From an uncultured Prochlorococcus sp. (GTDB lineage: Bacteria > Cyanobacteriota > Cyanobacteriia > PCC-6307 > Cyanobiaceae): a stretch of DNA of 64,000 nt. The DNA lies in NCBI GenBank assembly GCA_902521995.1, contig CABYTO010000003.1, positions 44,475 through 108,474 of the forward strand. The letters are read 5' to 3'. The notes below the pieces were generated by a model. The model saw only the letters and a program-made list of their open reading frames with translations. It did no database searches and was not told where the DNA came from. Position 1 is the first letter of the stretch. Every line of letters starts with the position of its first letter. A program made the translations under genes and the position numbers. Of the stretch, positions 36,417-50,000 are shown piece after piece.

Positions 36417-37571
36417 CTATTTAATACTTGCGTAAATGAGAGATTTAGTCATTTGATTAAGGACTAATTTTCTTGTAAAAAGAAATTTATTTAAAAGTAA
36501 AAATGAAAATTTCCTTATTGGAAATAAAAAAACGTTTCGATTAGCAAAAATAGATATCAACGAGTCAGTTATAAAAATAGTGACAATAATATCTAAAATT
36601 CTGCTTGAAAAATACTTAAATTTAAATAATATCAATTGCAATTTAGTAATAGAAGTATTTTTATTAAAAAGATCATAAATAGTATTAACATCTCTCCAGC
36701 AAGTATTTAGACCCTGACCACCAACAGGATGAAATGTATGAAATGCATCACCTACAAAAACTAATTTTTTAAAATTTAAAACTGGTAAATTTAAGGATAA
36801 TGAAACAGGAAAAATATTAAATTCTCCAATTATTTGGTCCAACTTAAATTCATTAGGCAAGATTGTTGATAAATTATCCATTAAAAAATTCTTGTCAGAA
36901 TTTAATCTTTCAATTGCCTTTGATGTACTGGAAGTCCAAATTACTTGATATAAGTTTTTTTCTAAAGGTAATAATGCAAGTGGGCCTTCTTTTCTAAAAA
37001 TTTCATAAGCTCGTTTTTCACAATGACCTCTTAGAGAAACTTTAAAAGTTAAACAAGACTGACTATAAGATTTTTTTATATTAACAAAATCTATGAATTT
37101 TTTATCAAGTGAGTTTGCTCCTGTTGAAAAGAATTGATAATCAAATAATATTTTTTTACGTAACAAACTCTGTGGTGTCATAAAAAAAATATTTTCATAA
37201 TTGTCAATCTCTTGAAAAAATACATTCATGAGATCCGAATGTTTAACTACCCAGCCAATATTTTCGTCAGAAGTTATATCATCATCTAAGTCAGAAGTTG
37301 ATAAATTGGTGAAAGCAGAAGTTACGCTATCTGAAATTGAAAGGGTATCAAAGCCAAATAAAAATGGTTCTAATTTTTCCCAAAGTCTGAATTTAGATAA
37401 GATTTTTCTTGTTGAGTGTGTAATTGCATAAGTTTTGTCTTTATCAATTAATCTATCTTTTGTTAATAAATCAGTTAAAAAAATATTGCAATCAAATTTT
37501 GAAAGTGCAATTGAAAGTAATAAACCTGTAGGACCTGATCCAACAATTTTAAAATTGAATTTATTTTTCAT
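36417..37571 (-). CDS. ubiH: FAD-dependent aromatic-ring monooxygenase (UbiH/Coq6 family)
   Basis: N-terminal dinucleotide fold FKIVGSGPTGLLLSIAL and the C-terminal GDAFHTFHPVGGQGLN motif. Confidence 0.75.
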   Translation of the reverse strand: MKNKFNFKIVGSGPTGLLLSIALSKFDCNIFLTDLLTKDRLIDKDKTYAITHSTRKILSKFRLWEKLEPFLFGFDTLSISDSVTSAFTNLSTSDLDDDITSDENIGWVVKHSDLMNVFFQEIDNYENIFFMTPQSLLRKKILFDYQFFSTGANSLDKKFIDFVNIKKSYSQSCLTFKVSLRGHCEKRAYEIFRKEGPLALLPLEKNLYQVIWTSSTSKAIERLNSDKNFLMDNLSTILPNEFKLDQIIGEFNIFPVSLSLNLPVLNFKKLVFVGDAFHTFHPVGGQGLNTCWRDVNTIYDLFNKNTSITKLQLILFKFKYFSSRILDIIVTIFITDSLISIFANRNVFLFPIRKFSFLLLNKFLFTRKLVLNQMTKSLIYASIK

Positions 37572-37591
37572 CGCGTTATATTAAGCATCAA

Positions 37592-38233
37592 CTATCTATT
37601 CAGGTAAATATAGCAAATTTCTTCAAATGCCGGTCTTAATAAATAGGGGTACTCACCAACCCATAAATTAATTTCAGGAAGCCAAGCATCGGTCAAATAA
37701 AAATCTCTGTCAAAATTACGGTTATCAGATGTTATTAAACATCTAATACTCGAACCCACCCTAATTTGACTGTGCTTATTTTCCATAGGAAAACTTAATT
37801 TTTTCAAATAGCCATCTTCATCTTCTAATTCAAGTACTAACCAAGTCCTTTTGTTTTCGATAACTTCTAATCGACCTTGCCTATTAGATTGTTCTCTTGA
37901 ACTTTCAATCTTTTCTGTTTTATAGATATCTGATACATAGCCATCAAATATAGAAAAAAATTTATATTTTCTTAATTGCAAGTTTTTTCTACTTGATTCA
38001 AGAATTGGGCCCCAGATGATATACAAAAAGAAACCTACACACAGGAATAACCAGAAATTATTAGTTTGATCCCCAGTCGAACTAATAATTAATGAGATAA
38101 ATCCACCAATTGAAGAAACTATTACTCTTTGAAGAATTTTTCTAGGATTCCCCAACGCGTACTTAAATTGACTTCCTGTACCAACAGCAGGAATAAGTTT
38201 TGAAATTTGACTTGAATTAATTGGAATTATCAT
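37592..38233 (-). CDS. conserved hypothetical membrane protein
   Basis: 213 aa with two central TM helices. Track ORF. Confidence 0.45.
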   Translation of the reverse strand: MIIPINSSQISKLIPAVGTGSQFKYALGNPRKILQRVIVSSIGGFISLIISSTGDQTNNFWLFLCVGFFLYIIWGPILESSRKNLQLRKYKFFSIFDGYVSDIYKTEKIESSREQSNRQGRLEVIENKRTWLVLELEDEDGYLKKLSFPMENKHSQIRVGSSIRCLITSDNRNFDRDFYLTDAWLPEINLWVGEYPYLLRPAFEEICYIYLNR

Positions 38234-38234
38234 T

Positions 38235-39083
38235 TTAAAAAATCAATTTTTCAAGTCCGTAAACTAAAGTTTCATAATTACCAATTTTTTTTATCGCCTG
38301 TAAAACTCCTGGCATATATGCCTTTCTATCAATAGTGTCATGTTTAATTGTGTAAGTTTCACCTGGAGATCCCATAATTACTAACTGATGAGCGAGTAAT
38401 CCTGGTAATCGTACAGAATGTATATTAATTCCTGAATCTCTGAGCCCACCACGTACACCTTTCAATGACTCAGACTCTTTTACTAAATTCTGATTAAATT
38501 TCTTTGGATATTCTTCAATCATTTCTGCAGTTTTTATACACGTACCACTAGGAGAATCAGCTTTTTGATTATGATGCATCTCAATTAATTCAATATTTTC
38601 GTAAAACCTTGCAGCTACAGATGCCGCCTGCTGAAGAAGAACCATACCTACTGAAAAATTAGGAATTATTGCACAACCAACCGATGCTTTCTGAGCAAAA
38701 ACAGACAAATCTTTTATTTGCGAGGGGCTTAGACCTGTAGTTCCTACTACTGGTGATACCCCATATGCAATAGCTGATCTGGTATTTTCATATACAGAAT
38801 CAGGATGAGTAAAATCAACCAAAACAGGGTTTATTTTTTCATTTCTATAATTTTGACTAACGGAACATAAAGTCCCTTCAAAATCATTTGAAACAAAAAC
38901 ATCACAATTTTTTACCTTCAATAATTCAGAAATATTTGAGCCATTGTTCTTTTCGTTTATATCAATTGCTGCGACAAGTTCACAATCTGTAGAATTTAAT
39001 ACAGTATTAACAACTTCGCTACCCATTCTGCCTAAAGCTCCGGAAACTAGTACTGGTATTGGTTTTTTAGAAATTTCAATCAT
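38235..39083 (-). CDS. dapB: 4-hydroxy-tetrahydrodipicolinate reductase
   Basis: [14 protein letters not shown](P) fold and [14 protein letters not shown] catalytic motif. Confidence 0.9.
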   Translation of the reverse strand: MIEISKKPIPVLVSGALGRMGSEVVNTVLNSTDCELVAAIDINEKNNGSNISELLKVKNCDVFVSNDFEGTLCSVSQNYRNEKINPVLVDFTHPDSVYENTRSAIAYGVSPVVGTTGLSPSQIKDLSVFAQKASVGCAIIPNFSVGMVLLQQAASVAARFYENIELIEMHHNQKADSPSGTCIKTAEMIEEYPKKFNQNLVKESESLKGVRGGLRDSGINIHSVRLPGLLAHQLVIMGSPGETYTIKHDTIDRKAYMPGVLQAIKKIGNYETLVYGLEKLIF

Positions 39084-39185
39084 TTTTTTAAAAAATTTTT
39101 TTTTAAAGGTTGTTACACGCTATTTATATTGCACACAATAACGCCTTTTCATTCGTAGGCTGGTAGAAATACTTAAAGAAAATCA

Positions 39186-42100
39186 ATGTTTACGCAGGTC
39201 CGCTCAGCAAACCGCAGAGTATCTCCTGTTGAGGATAACAAACACAAAGTTGTAATAAAAGCAGTTTATGTTGTCCTTGAGCCACAATACCAAAATTCCT
39301 TAACGGAAGCTGCAAAGTCAATAAATAAAATGAATGGGCCTATTGGTATAGACCTTAGCGGCTATCTTATTGAAGAACTTAGGAATGATAGTAATTTTGA
39401 AGATTTTAAAGATGACATAGCTAAGGCAGATATATTCGTAGCTTCTCTAATTTTCATTGAAGACCTTGCTCAAAAAGTGGTTGACGCAGTATCTCCATTT
39501 AAAGACAAACTAAAAGCATCAATAGTTTTTCCCTCCATGCCAGAGGTAATGAGATTAAATAAGTTAGGTTCATTTAGCATGGCCCAACTTGGTCAATCTA
39601 AAAGTATTATTGGAGATTTAATAAAAAAGAAAAAAGAATCTGATGGAGCAAGTTTCCAAGATTCAATGTTGAAGTTATTAAATACACTACCTTCTATACT
39701 TAAATATCTACCAGTAGAAAAAGCTCAAGATGCTAGAACATTTATTCTGAGTTTTCAGTACTGGTTAGGTGGTACTTCTGAGAACTTAAAAAATTTCTTG
39801 TTAATGATTTCTGAAAAGTATGCTGTTTCAGAGATAATAAAAGATCAAATAGAAGAATTCAAAATTCAAGACCCTGAAACATTCCCGGATTTAGGGATTT
39901 GGCATCCTCTTGCTCCTTGCATGTTTGAAAGTCTTAAAGAATATCAAAATTGGGACAATAATAGGAAAGATATAAATCCTAAAGATGATAAAACACCAAC
40001 AATAGGATTAGTGCTACAAAGGAGTCATATCATTACAGGAGATGATGCTCATTACGTTGCTGTTATTCAAGAATTGGAATACAGAGGTGCGAGAGTACTT
40101 CCTATTTTTTGTGGAGGTCTAGATTTTTCTAAACCAGTTAATGAATTTTATTATGATTCCATAAATAATGATCAACCTATAGTAGATGGAGTTGTATCTC
40201 TAACAGGATTTGCACTAGTTGGTGGCCCAGCAAGACAAGATCATCCTAAAGCTATTGAAGCCCTAAAAAGGTTAAACAGACCCTATATGGTTGCACTACC
40301 ATTAGTCTTCCAAACCACACAAGAATGGGAAGATAGCGATCTAGGTTTACATCCAGTTCAGGTAGCACTTCAGATTGCGATCCCAGAGCTTGATGGTGCT
40401 ATTGAACCTATTATTCTCTCAGGTCGTGATGATGCTACAGGTAAGGCGCATACGCTCCAAGATCGAGTTGATGTAATAGCTGAAAGAGCAATAAAATGGT
40501 CAACTTTAAGAGTTAAACAAAGAAAGGATAAAAAATTAGCCATCACAGTATTTAGTTTTCCACCTGACAAAGGAAATGTTGGCACAGCAGCATACTTGAA
40601 CGTTTTTGGTTCAATTTATAGAGTACTTCTTGAAATGAAATCGAAAGGATATCAAATAGATGAACTTCCAAGTAATTCAAAAGAATTAATGGAAAAAGTA
40701 ATTAACAACCCCGAAGCAATGGATGGCTCTCCAGAGTTAAATATTGCTCACAAGATGTCAGTGCAAGAATATGAAGAATTTACACCATATTCACAAAGAC
40801 TTGAAGAAAATTGGGGTAAACCTCCTGGGAACCTTAATAGTGACGGACAAAACCTTCTTATCTATGGAAAACATTTTGGAAATGTCTTTATAGGAGTTCA
40901 ACCTACATTTGGTTATGAAGGTGATCCAATGAGATTGCTCTACTCAAGAAGTGCTAGTCCTCATCATGGTTTTGCAGCTTATTACACGTATGTAGAAAAA
41001 ATCTGGGGGGCTGATGCTGTTCTTCATTTTGGAACTCACGGCTCACTTGAATTTATGCCTGGTAAGCAGATGGGCATGAGTGAAACTTGCTATCCGGATT
41101 CTCTGATTGGATCATTGCCAAATTTGTATTACTATGCGGCGAATAATCCATCTGAAGCAACAATTGCTAAGAGAAGAGGATACGCTTCAACTATTAGTTA
41201 TCTGACTCCTCCAGCAGAAAATGCAGGACTCTACAAAGGACTTAAAGAACTAAGTGAACTTGTTGGTTCTTATCAACAACTAAGAGAAAATAGCAGGGGT
41301 ATTCAAATTGTTAATGCAATAGTTGAAACTGCTAAACAATGTAACCTTGACAAAGATGTAGAGCTTCCTTCAAAAGATGTAGAAGAACTTTCAATAGATG
41401 AAAGAGATTTATTTGTTGGTAATGTTTATAAACAGTTAATGGAAATTGAAAGCAGATTATTACCTTGCGGTCTTCATACTATTGGAGAAGCTCCAACAGC
41501 AGAAGAAGCTGTTGCGACACTTGTAAATATTGCATCTTTAGAGAGAGAACAAGAAGGATTAAGATCTCTTCCTGGTTTACTCGCAGAATCCATTGGTCTA
41601 ACTATTGAGCAAATTTATGATGGTAATAATAAAGGCGAACTTAAATTTGTAGATTTAAATGAAAAAATCATAAAGACATCAAGAGAGTCAATTTTTGCGA
41701 TGGTCAACTCTTTAAAAATTGTTGATGGCAGAGTTTATTTAGAAAAATCACTTCTTTCCAAACTTTTCGATTTACTTAAAGTTTTTGGTCTATATCTACC
41801 TACCCCTTGGCTAAGAGTCTGCAGATTAAATGGATTTAATGAAATTAATCAGAAGGAATTAAATAAATTATTTGATTACTTACTTTTCTGTCTGGAACAG
41901 GTCTGCGCAGACAAAGAAATGGATAGCCTCATTAAAGCCCTTGATGGAAATTATGTTTTACCTGGACCAGGTGGAGATCCAATAAGAAATCCAGGTGTTT
42001 TGCCCAGTGGTAAAAATATACATGCACTTGATCCTCAATCAATCCCAACTACAGCAGCAGTAGCTGCAGCGAAGTCTGTTGTTGACAAATTAATTCAAAG

Positions 42101-43196
42101 ACAAAAAAAAGAGCAAGGAACTTGGCCCGAAACAATAGCTTGTGTTTTATGGGGCACTGATAACATCAAAACTTACGGAGAATCACTGGCACAAATCTTA
42201 TGGTTTGTTGGGGTAAAACCAAAACCAGATTCTGTTGGAAGAATTAACAAACTAGAATTAATACCATTAGAAGAATTAGGTAGGCCAAGAATAGATGTAG
42301 TAGTTAACTGTTCAGGAGTATTTAGAGATCTATTTATAAATCAAATGGCATTAATAGATCAGGCAGTCAAATTAGCAGCTGAAGCTGATGAACCATTGGA
42401 ATCTAACTTTGTAAGGAAACATTCACTGGAACAAGCAGAAAAAGAAGGCACTTCTATCAGAGAAGCTTCAGCGAGAGTATTTTCTAATGCAAGTGGAAGT
42501 TACAGTTCAAATGTTAATTTAGCCGTAGAAAATTCAACTTGGGAGGAAGAAAATGAATTACAAGAAATGTATTTATCTCGCAAAACATATGCTTTTAATG
42601 CCGATAATCCAGGTGAGATGAATCAAAAGAGAGAGGTATTTGAGTCAGTAATGAAAACAGCAGATGTTACATTTCAAAACCTTGATTCTTCAGAGATTTC
42701 ATTAACAGATGTAAGTCATTATTTTGATTCGGATCCAACAAAATTGATTAAGACATTAAGAGATGATGGAAAAGAACCAAGTAGTTACATAGCGGATACA
42801 ACCACTTCTAATGCTCAAGTTAGAACACTTGGAGAAACTATCAGATTAGACTCAAGAACAAAACTTTTAAATCCTAAGTGGTATGAAGGTATGCTCAAAT
42901 CTGGCTACGAAGGAGTTAGGGAACTTTCTAACAGACTTAATTACACTCTTGGTTGGAGTGCGACAAGTGGTCAAGTTGATAATTTTGTATATGAAGAAAC
43001 TAATGAAACATTTATAAATGACGAAGAGATGAGGAAAAGATTAATGGATCTTAATCCTAATAGTTTCAGAAGAATTGTTGGAACATTGCTTGAAGTTAAT
43101 GGTAGGGGATATTGGGAAACCTCAGATGAGAATATAGAACAGTTGAAAGAACTATACCAAGAGGTAGAGGATAAAATCGAAGGAGTTAAAGAATAA
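39186..43196 (+). CDS. chlH: magnesium chelatase subunit H
   Basis: 1336-aa CobN/ChlH-family protein with conserved blocks such as [15 protein letters not shown]. Confidence 0.97.
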   Translation: MFTQVRSANRRVSPVEDNKHKVVIKAVYVVLEPQYQNSLTEAAKSINKMNGPIGIDLSGYLIEELRNDSNFEDFKDDIAKADIFVASLIFIEDLAQKVVDAVSPFKDKLKASIVFPSMPEVMRLNKLGSFSMAQLGQSKSIIGDLIKKKKESDGASFQDSMLKLLNTLPSILKYLPVEKAQDARTFILSFQYWLGGTSENLKNFLLMISEKYAVSEIIKDQIEEFKIQDPETFPDLGIWHPLAPCMFESLKEYQNWDNNRKDINPKDDKTPTIGLVLQRSHIITGDDAHYVAVIQELEYRGARVLPIFCGGLDFSKPVNEFYYDSINNDQPIVDGVVSLTGFALVGGPARQDHPKAIEALKRLNRPYMVALPLVFQTTQEWEDSDLGLHPVQVALQIAIPELDGAIEPIILSGRDDATGKAHTLQDRVDVIAERAIKWSTLRVKQRKDKKLAITVFSFPPDKGNVGTAAYLNVFGSIYRVLLEMKSKGYQIDELPSNSKELMEKVINNPEAMDGSPELNIAHKMSVQEYEEFTPYSQRLEENWGKPPGNLNSDGQNLLIYGKHFGNVFIGVQPTFGYEGDPMRLLYSRSASPHHGFAAYYTYVEKIWGADAVLHFGTHGSLEFMPGKQMGMSETCYPDSLIGSLPNLYYYAANNPSEATIAKRRGYASTISYLTPPAENAGLYKGLKELSELVGSYQQLRENSRGIQIVNAIVETAKQCNLDKDVELPSKDVEELSIDERDLFVGNVYKQLMEIESRLLPCGLHTIGEAPTAEEAVATLVNIASLEREQEGLRSLPGLLAESIGLTIEQIYDGNNKGELKFVDLNEKIIKTSRESIFAMVNSLKIVDGRVYLEKSLLSKLFDLLKVFGLYLPTPWLRVCRLNGFNEINQKELNKLFDYLLFCLEQVCADKEMDSLIKALDGNYVLPGPGGDPIRNPGVLPSGKNIHALDPQSIPTTAAVAAAKSVVDKLIQRQKKEQGTWPETIACVLWGTDNIKTYGESLAQILWFVGVKPKPDSVGRINKLELIPLEELGRPRIDVVVNCSGVFRDLFINQMALIDQAVKLAAEADEPLESNFVRKHSLEQAEKEGTSIREASARVFSNASGSYSSNVNLAVENSTWEEENELQEMYLSRKTYAFNADNPGEMNQKREVFESVMKTADVTFQNLDSSEISLTDVSHYFDSDPTKLIKTLRDDGKEPSSYIADTTTSNAQVRTLGETIRLDSRTKLLNPKWYEGMLKSGYEGVRELSNRLNYTLGWSATSGQVDNFVYEETNETFINDEEMRKRLMDLNPNSFRRIVGTLLEVNGRGYWETSDENIEQLKELYQEVEDKIEGVKE

Positions 43197-43204
43197 TAAA
43201 TTTA

Positions 43205-44059
43205 TTATTTTCTGTAAATCCTATCAGCTACTTTTAGTATTTGATAATTTAGTTTAACGTTGTGAACTCTTACAATGTCAATATTGAATTGAGAACAAAG
43301 ACAACTTATTGCAAGTGTTCCTATATCCCTTTCTTTTGGATTTTTCTCATTCAAAATTTCTCCTATAAATCTCTTCCTAGATGCACCTATCAAAATTGGC
43401 AAATTCCATTTTTTAAAAAAATCTAAGTTTCTCAAGATTTCCAAATTATGAATGATATCCTTTGAAAAACCAATTCCAGGATCCACTATTATATTTTTTT
43501 CAGATATATTTTTTTCTAAAGCATTCTTTACTAAATTATCAAGCGAGCACTTAACATCAATCAATACATTCTGGTAATTAGAGAGTTGATTCATATTTTG
43601 ACTATTACCACGACTATGAGTTATGACGAATGGACAGTTGAATTTTGATACAACATCCAAAATTTTTATATCTCTTCTTCCTCCCGTGACATCATTTATC
43701 CAATTAGCACCATTTAAAAGAGCTTCGTAAGCCACTTCAGAATTAAAAGTATCAATAGAAATTAAAACATCTGGAAATTTAGATTTTATTAATTTTAGAT
43801 ATGGGATCAATCTTTTTATTTCTATACTTGATCCGACTTCTTCAGCCCCAGGTCTGGTACTTTGAGCACCAAGATCAATAACATCAACACCATTGTTCAA
43901 GAAATGATTTACTTGATCTAAAACTTTTTTTGAAGAGTTTAATTCTCCACCATCGCTAAATGAATCAGGAGTTAAATTAATAACACCCATAATTGAAGTT
44001 TTTTGGCCCCAGCCTTTTGGCCATGGATTATTCTTATTGATAATTCGCAATTCTCGCAA
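43205..44059 (-). CDS. folP: dihydropteroate synthase
   Basis: [26 protein letters not shown] and VDPGIGF motifs. Confidence 0.9.
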   Translation of the reverse strand: MRELRIINKNNPWPKGWGQKTSIMGVINLTPDSFSDGGELNSSKKVLDQVNHFLNNGVDVIDLGAQSTRPGAEEVGSSIEIKRLIPYLKLIKSKFPDVLISIDTFNSEVAYEALLNGANWINDVTGGRRDIKILDVVSKFNCPFVITHSRGNSQNMNQLSNYQNVLIDVKCSLDNLVKNALEKNISEKNIIVDPGIGFSKDIIHNLEILRNLDFFKKWNLPILIGASRKRFIGEILNEKNPKERDIGTLAISCLCSQFNIDIVRVHNVKLNYQILKVADRIYRK

Positions 44060-44759
44060 AACTTTTCGGATCTAATGAAGCCCCTCCAACTAACACACCA
44101 TCTATATCACTCATTGACATGATTTCGTCAATATTATTAGGTTTAACAGATCCTCCATATTGAATAATTACATTATCAAAACCTATTAATTTCCGAATTA
44201 AAGAACATATCTTATTAGCGTCTTCTGCCTCACATGTTTTACCAGTGCCAATAGCCCATATTGGTTCATAGGCAACAATTAAATTAGATGGATCTGTATT
44301 TTCTAATCCTTGTTCAACCTGTCTAGTAATAACTCTATCAGCTTCTCCTCTCTCTCTTTGTTCTAATGTTTCTCCCACACAGACTATTGGAGTAAGTCCA
44401 CTAGATTGAGCAAAAACTGCTCTTTTGTTAATTTGTTCATCACTTTCACTAAAATATTTCCTTGGTTCACTATGTCCAACAATTGCATATGACACACCAT
44501 GTTCAAGAAGCATTTTTGGAGATATTTCTGCAGTAAATGCTCCTTGATCTTCCCAATGAATATTTTGACTAGAAATATCTAAATATTCAAAATCAGAATG
44601 ATCAGAAAAGGTTGAAATAGCTGTAAAAGGTGGAGCAATAACAACTTTACGATCGTCTTTAATGTTTTTTATTAGAGGAATAAACTCTTCTAAATAGGAT
44701 TTAGCTTCAGCACAAGTCATGTGCATTTTCCAATTACCAGCAATTACAGATTTTCTCAA
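44034..44759 (-). CDS. tpiA: triosephosphate isomerase
   Basis: AGNWKMH, VGHSEPR and [11 protein letters not shown] motifs. The 3' end overlaps the folP start by 26 nt. Confidence 0.95.
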   Translation of the reverse strand: MRKSVIAGNWKMHMTCAEAKSYLEEFIPLIKNIKDDRKVVIAPPFTAISTFSDHSDFEYLDISSQNIHWEDQGAFTAEISPKMLLEHGVSYAIVGHSEPRKYFSESDEQINKRAVFAQSSGLTPIVCVGETLEQRERGEADRVITRQVEQGLENTDPSNLIVAYEPIWAIGTGKTCEAEDANKICSLIRKLIGFDNVIIQYGGSVKPNNIDEIMSMSDIDGVLVGGASLDPKSFARIANYQ

Positions 44760-44811
44760 AATACTATCTCCAAGAAAAATATACTAATACAAAGTGAGTT
44801 TAATAGGTCAA

Positions 44812-44988
44812 TTATTCGAAAATTATTTCATTTTTTAGAAATATTACTTTATCTCCCTTGTTTAACTTCCTTCCTCTCCTAGTCTCAATTAAACCATTAA
44901 CCTTAACAGAACCAGATTTAATAAAAATTTTTGCTTCGCCACCAGAAGATACCAAATTTTTCCATTTTAAGAATTGATCCAATTTCAT
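44812..44988 (-). CDS. S4-domain RNA-binding mini-protein (YbcJ-like, 58 aa)
   Basis: Hand-found ORF: MKLDQFLKWKNLVSSGGEAKIFIKSGSVKVNGLIETRRGRKLNKGDKVIF. Confidence 0.6.
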   Translation of the reverse strand: MKLDQFLKWKNLVSSGGEAKIFIKSGSVKVNGLIETRRGRKLNKGDKVIFLKNEIIFE

Positions 44989-45046
44989 TGTTTTTTATAC
45001 CCAAAGATATTGATAAAGTAGGATAAGCAATTAAATATATAATATC

Positions 45047-46753
45047 TTGAGACTAATACCACCAGTCAGGCAATATTCTAATAGGTTTATCAAGGGTTTT
45101 ATATGCATGCTCATTTACGTAGCTTGTTGGCCTTTATTAGCTTATTTAGCTGGAAACTTAATCCCAGCAATTGGGTCAGGTGATCTCTCAAAAGTTTCTA
45201 GCATAATAATTAAGTCTTTATTTGTATTTTTAGTTCAGAAAACTGCACAATTTGGACAGGATGTATTCATAGCAAAACCATCTTTAGAAATTAGTGAAGT
45301 GATGAGAGGAAATTTATTTAGCAGAATTCAAAAAATAAAGATGAATTCTGTTGAAAATATTTCAGCAGGGGACATCACATATAGACTTACAGAAGATGCC
45401 GACAGAGTAAGCGAAGTTATTTATAAAACAGCTCAAGATACTATTCCCTGCACTTTACAGTTGTTAGCGGTAATAATCTACATGTTTTATTTAGACTGGT
45501 CACTAACAGTATCAACATTCCTATTAGCACCATTGATTATTCTTTCAGTTAACAGTTTTGGAAGAAGAGTTTTAAAAGCATCAGAAAAAAGTCAAGAATC
45601 AACAAGTAACTTAGCAGGTTTAATAGGTGAATCTATAAATGGAATGTCCACGATAAGAGCATTTGCTGCAGAAAATTGGATTGAGAAAAGATTTTATAAA
45701 AGATTAAGTATAAATAAAAAAGCAAAATATAAAACATTAAAACTTCTTGCATTTCAACATCCAGTTGTTGGATTTGTAGAAGCATTTGGAATATTAGCAA
45801 TATTAGGTTTAGGAGCCGCAAGAATTAATCTAGGACTACTAACAAGCGAAGAATTTAGTAGTTTCTTTGCTGCAATATTGATGCTTATTGATCCAATAAG
45901 CCATGTAAGTACAAATTTTAATGATTATAAACAGGCGGAAGCATCAATAAAAAGATTGAAAAATATAACTACAGAACCTATTGAAGACGATGAAGAAAAT
46001 ATAACAATGATATCAAATATTGAAGGCAAAATAAGTTTCAAGAAAGTTAATTTCGCATACAAAAAAGATAATCAAGTTCTAAAAAATATCAATTTAGAAA
46101 TTAAAAAAGGGGAAGTCACAGCTTTCGTTGGAGCTTCTGGAGCTGGAAAAAGTACAATGTTGGCTTTGATATTAAAATTCATTACTCCAAATCATGGAGA
46201 AATTTTTATAGATGATACAAATCTCAAATTATTGAATACAAAAGATATTAGAAAAAATATTGCATTAGTACAACAACAGCCTTTTTTATTTTCAGGAAAA
46301 ATTATTGATGTAATAAGAATGGGGAGGAATTTTACTAAAGAAGAAGTAATAGAATCAGCAAGAAAAGCAAATGCTCACAACTTCATTCAAAAGCTTCCTG
46401 AGAAATATGAAACTGAGATAACTGAAAGAGGATCAAATTTATCAGGGGGTCAGATCCAGAGGATAGCAATTGCAAGAGCAATTCTTGGGAACCCAGCAAT
46501 TCTTCTTTTAGATGAGGCCACAAGTGCGTTAGATGCAGAATCAGAAACTGAAGTCCAAGAAGGTCTTAATAGAGCTATGAAAGATAGAACAGTTATAGTT
46601 ATTGCTCATAGATTAGCCACTACTCAAGAAGCAAATAAAATAGTTGTTTTTGATAAAGGCGAAATTATTGAAGTTGGGAAACACGTTGACTTAATCAATA
46701 AACCTGGAATTTATAAAGAATTATGTGAAAAACAATTGATTAAAAATTTATAA
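45047..46753 (+). CDS. ABC exporter, fused permease/ATPase (MsbA-like)
   Basis: Six-TM N-terminal half, Walker A GASGAGKST, signature LSGGQIQR, Walker B LLLDEATSALD. TTG start. Confidence 0.85.
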   Translation: MRLIPPVRQYSNRFIKGFICMLIYVACWPLLAYLAGNLIPAIGSGDLSKVSSIIIKSLFVFLVQKTAQFGQDVFIAKPSLEISEVMRGNLFSRIQKIKMNSVENISAGDITYRLTEDADRVSEVIYKTAQDTIPCTLQLLAVIIYMFYLDWSLTVSTFLLAPLIILSVNSFGRRVLKASEKSQESTSNLAGLIGESINGMSTIRAFAAENWIEKRFYKRLSINKKAKYKTLKLLAFQHPVVGFVEAFGILAILGLGAARINLGLLTSEEFSSFFAAILMLIDPISHVSTNFNDYKQAEASIKRLKNITTEPIEDDEENITMISNIEGKISFKKVNFAYKKDNQVLKNINLEIKKGEVTAFVGASGAGKSTMLALILKFITPNHGEIFIDDTNLKLLNTKDIRKNIALVQQQPFLFSGKIIDVIRMGRNFTKEEVIESARKANAHNFIQKLPEKYETEITERGSNLSGGQIQRIAIARAILGNPAILLLDEATSALDAESETEVQEGLNRAMKDRTVIVIAHRLATTQEANKIVVFDKGEIIEVGKHVDLINKPGIYKELCEKQLIKNL

Positions 46754-46783
46754 CCTTATCTTATTTATAAAAAAAGGAAGCCA

Positions 46784-47002
46784 ATGAGCGAAAAAACAAA
46801 TGATTCTTTAAATCCAGTTTTAACCTTTGAAGGGAAAAAATATTTAATAAATGAACTTTCAAATGAAATTAAAGAATCTATAAAAGTATTACAAATAGCT
46901 GAGACACAACTTAAGATGCATCAAGATACTCTCAAATTACTTTCAATTAGCCGTAACACCTTAGCTAATCAATTAAGAGAAAAACTAAAAAACTTAAAGT
47001 GA
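46784..47002 (+). CDS. hypothetical coiled-coil protein (72 aa)
   Basis: Track ORF only. Confidence 0.35.
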   Translation: MSEKTNDSLNPVLTFEGKKYLINELSNEIKESIKVLQIAETQLKMHQDTLKLLSISRNTLANQLREKLKNLK

Positions 47003-47006
47003 AACT

Positions 47007-50000
47007 CTAATAATTATGTATTTCTTGTAAAGAGTAGGCATTAATTTTATTAAATTGCAAAGCTTTAATTGCTTTTATTGCTGCCTTTGCTCCAGGAATA
47101 GTTGTAAAAGTCGGGATATTATATTCTAAAGCAGCACGTCTTAAATAAGCGTCATCATGAAGAGCCTGTGAGCCGATTGGAGTATTAATTATTAATTGAA
47201 CAAGTCCTGAACGAATAAGGTCCTCAATATTTGGTCTGCCTTCATGAACTTTTAGTACTTCTTCAACTTGAATGCCTAAATTTACCAAATATGCAGCTGT
47301 ACCTTTTGTTGCAATTAATTTAAATCCTAAATTCAAAAGTTCTCTAGCAACTTCCTCAAGATTTTTTTTATCTAAATCATTTGTAGACAAAAAAGCTACT
47401 CCTTCTGAAGGAACACCATTCCCTGCTGCTAATTCCGACTTGGCATAAGCAATTCCAAAATCTTTAGCTAATCCCATTACTTCACCTGTAGATCTCATTT
47501 CAGGACCAAGTAATGTATCAGATCCAGGAAATCTTTTAAAAGGTAAAACAGCCTCTTTAACTGCCTGAAATTTTGGAGAAAATTCTCGTGTGAAATTAAC
47601 ATCTTTCAATGTAAAACCCTGCATTAACTGGGTAGCTAATTTTGCAACTGGTTTACCTATGGCTTTTGAAACAAATGGAACTGTCCGGGATGCTCTTGGA
47701 TTTGCTTCAAGAATAAATAATTTATTCTCTTCATTATTTGTATTTGTCACTGCAAATTGTAAATTTATTAAACCAACTACATTTAATCTTTGTGCAATCA
47801 ATTTAGTCCAGTTCCTTACATTTTCTATCGTGGATGTTGAGAGAGAAATGGACGGCAAACAACAAGCCGAATCTCCTGAATGAATTCCTGCAGGTTCCAC
47901 ATGTTCCATTAGACCAGCAATAACAACCGAACCTTCTGAATCGCATAAGGCATCAACATCTATCTCAATAGCATTATTCAAGTATTGATCAAGAAGGATT
48001 GGATGATCAGGCGACACCTTAACTGCTTCAGAGATGTATCTCGATAATTCATTGCCATCTTTAACAATTTCCATCGCCCTGCCTCCTAAAACATAAGAAG
48101 GTCTTACAACCAAGGGGAACCCAATATTTTTTGCTACTAATTCTGCTTCATGTTGATTTCGCGCAATACCGTTTAAAGGTTGTCTAATACGTAATTCCTC
48201 AAGGATTTTTGTAAATTCCTCTCTATCTTCTGCTAAATCAATAGATATTGGAGAAGTTCCTAGAATTCTTGATCCAGTTCTGACACCATCATTGGATTTA
48301 AGCCATTCAAATAAAGGTAATGATAATTTAAGTGGGGTTTGACCTCCAAATTGAACAATCAAACCATATGGATTTTCAGCTTCTATTATATTGAGTACAT
48401 CTTCCAAAGTTACAGGCTCAAAATATAAAATATCGCTAGTATCATAATCTGTTGATACGGTTTCAGGATTACTATTGACCATTATCGTTTTATAACCATT
48501 TGCAGAGGCTTGATATGAAGCATGACAACAACAGTAATCAAATTCTATTCCCTGACCAATTCTGTTTGGACCTCCTCCTAGAATCATGATTTTTTTTGAT
48601 TTACTATTTTCTGAAATCTCGCTATCAAAAATTTGAGAATTTGATTTAATGAAAGATTCTTCGTAAGTTGAATAATGATAGGGAGTTGAGGATGAGAATT
48701 CTGCGGAACAAGTATCAACAGTTTTAAAGATTGGAATTATATTAAGTTTTTTTCTATATCTTCTCACTTCAAAAAACTCTGAATTTGTTAACTTCGCTAA
48801 TTGTTGATCTGAAAAGCCTAGTTGTTTTGCGTGTAACATCAAATCCCTATCTAAAGAATAAAGTTCCTTATCTTTCAAAAAATCATTTTCAAAATTAAAA
48901 ATATTACGCAATTTTTCGATAAACCATAAATCTATATTTGTAACTTCTTGTATGAAGGAATTAGTTTTCCCATGCTGCATAGCTTTTTTAACTAGGAGAA
49001 TTCTTTCAGATGTAGGGTTTCTTAAACTATTTTTGATGTGACTCTCATTTTTAAATTCATCTAGTGAATCACATTCCCATCCAAAAACTCCTACTTCTAA
49101 TGACCTTAATGCTTTTTGAAATGATTCTTCAAAAGAACGACCTATTGCCATTGACTCGCCAACGGATTTCATGGCAGTACTTAAAGTATTAGAAGAGCCC
49201 TTAAACTTTTCAAAGGCAAATCTTGGAATCTTAGTAACTACGTAATCAATTGATGGCTCAAAACATGCAGGTGTTTTTTTTGTAATATCATTAATAATCT
49301 CATCAAGTGTATAGCCAACAGATAATAAGGCTGCAATCTTAGCGATGGGAAATCCAGTTGCTTTACTTGCCAATGCAGAGGATCTACTCACACGGGGATT
49401 CATTTCTATGACAATTACTTCTCCATTAGATGGATTTATTGCAAATTGAATATTACTCCCTCCGGTTTCAACTCCTACCTCTCTAATGATTTTCAATGAC
49501 AAATCTCTCAATCTCTGATACTCCTTATCTGTTAGAGTCTGCGCAGGAGCTACAGTAATAGAATCTCCAGTGTGCACTCCCATAGGGTCTAAATTTTCAA
49601 TACTGCAAACTATTACCACATTGTCAGAAGTATCTCTCATTACCTCTAGTTCAAATTCCTTCCATCCAATAAGTGATTTTTCAATCAATATTTGATTACT
49701 TGGACTTTCCTCCAAACCTGATTTACACAACTCGACAAATTCTTCAAGGTTAAAAGCAATTCCGCCTCCTACACCACCTAATGTAAATGCAGGCCTAATT
49801 ATAAGAGGATAAGAACTAATATTTTTTGATACCTCCATAGCTTCATCTAGGTTAGAAGCGATACCAGATGGACAAACATTTACACTTATTTTCTCCATCG
49901 ATTCTTTAAACAACTTTCTATCTTCAGCTTTATTAATAGCTCTTAAATCAGCACCAATTAATTCAATATTATTTTCTTTTAAAAAATCTGAATCTGATAA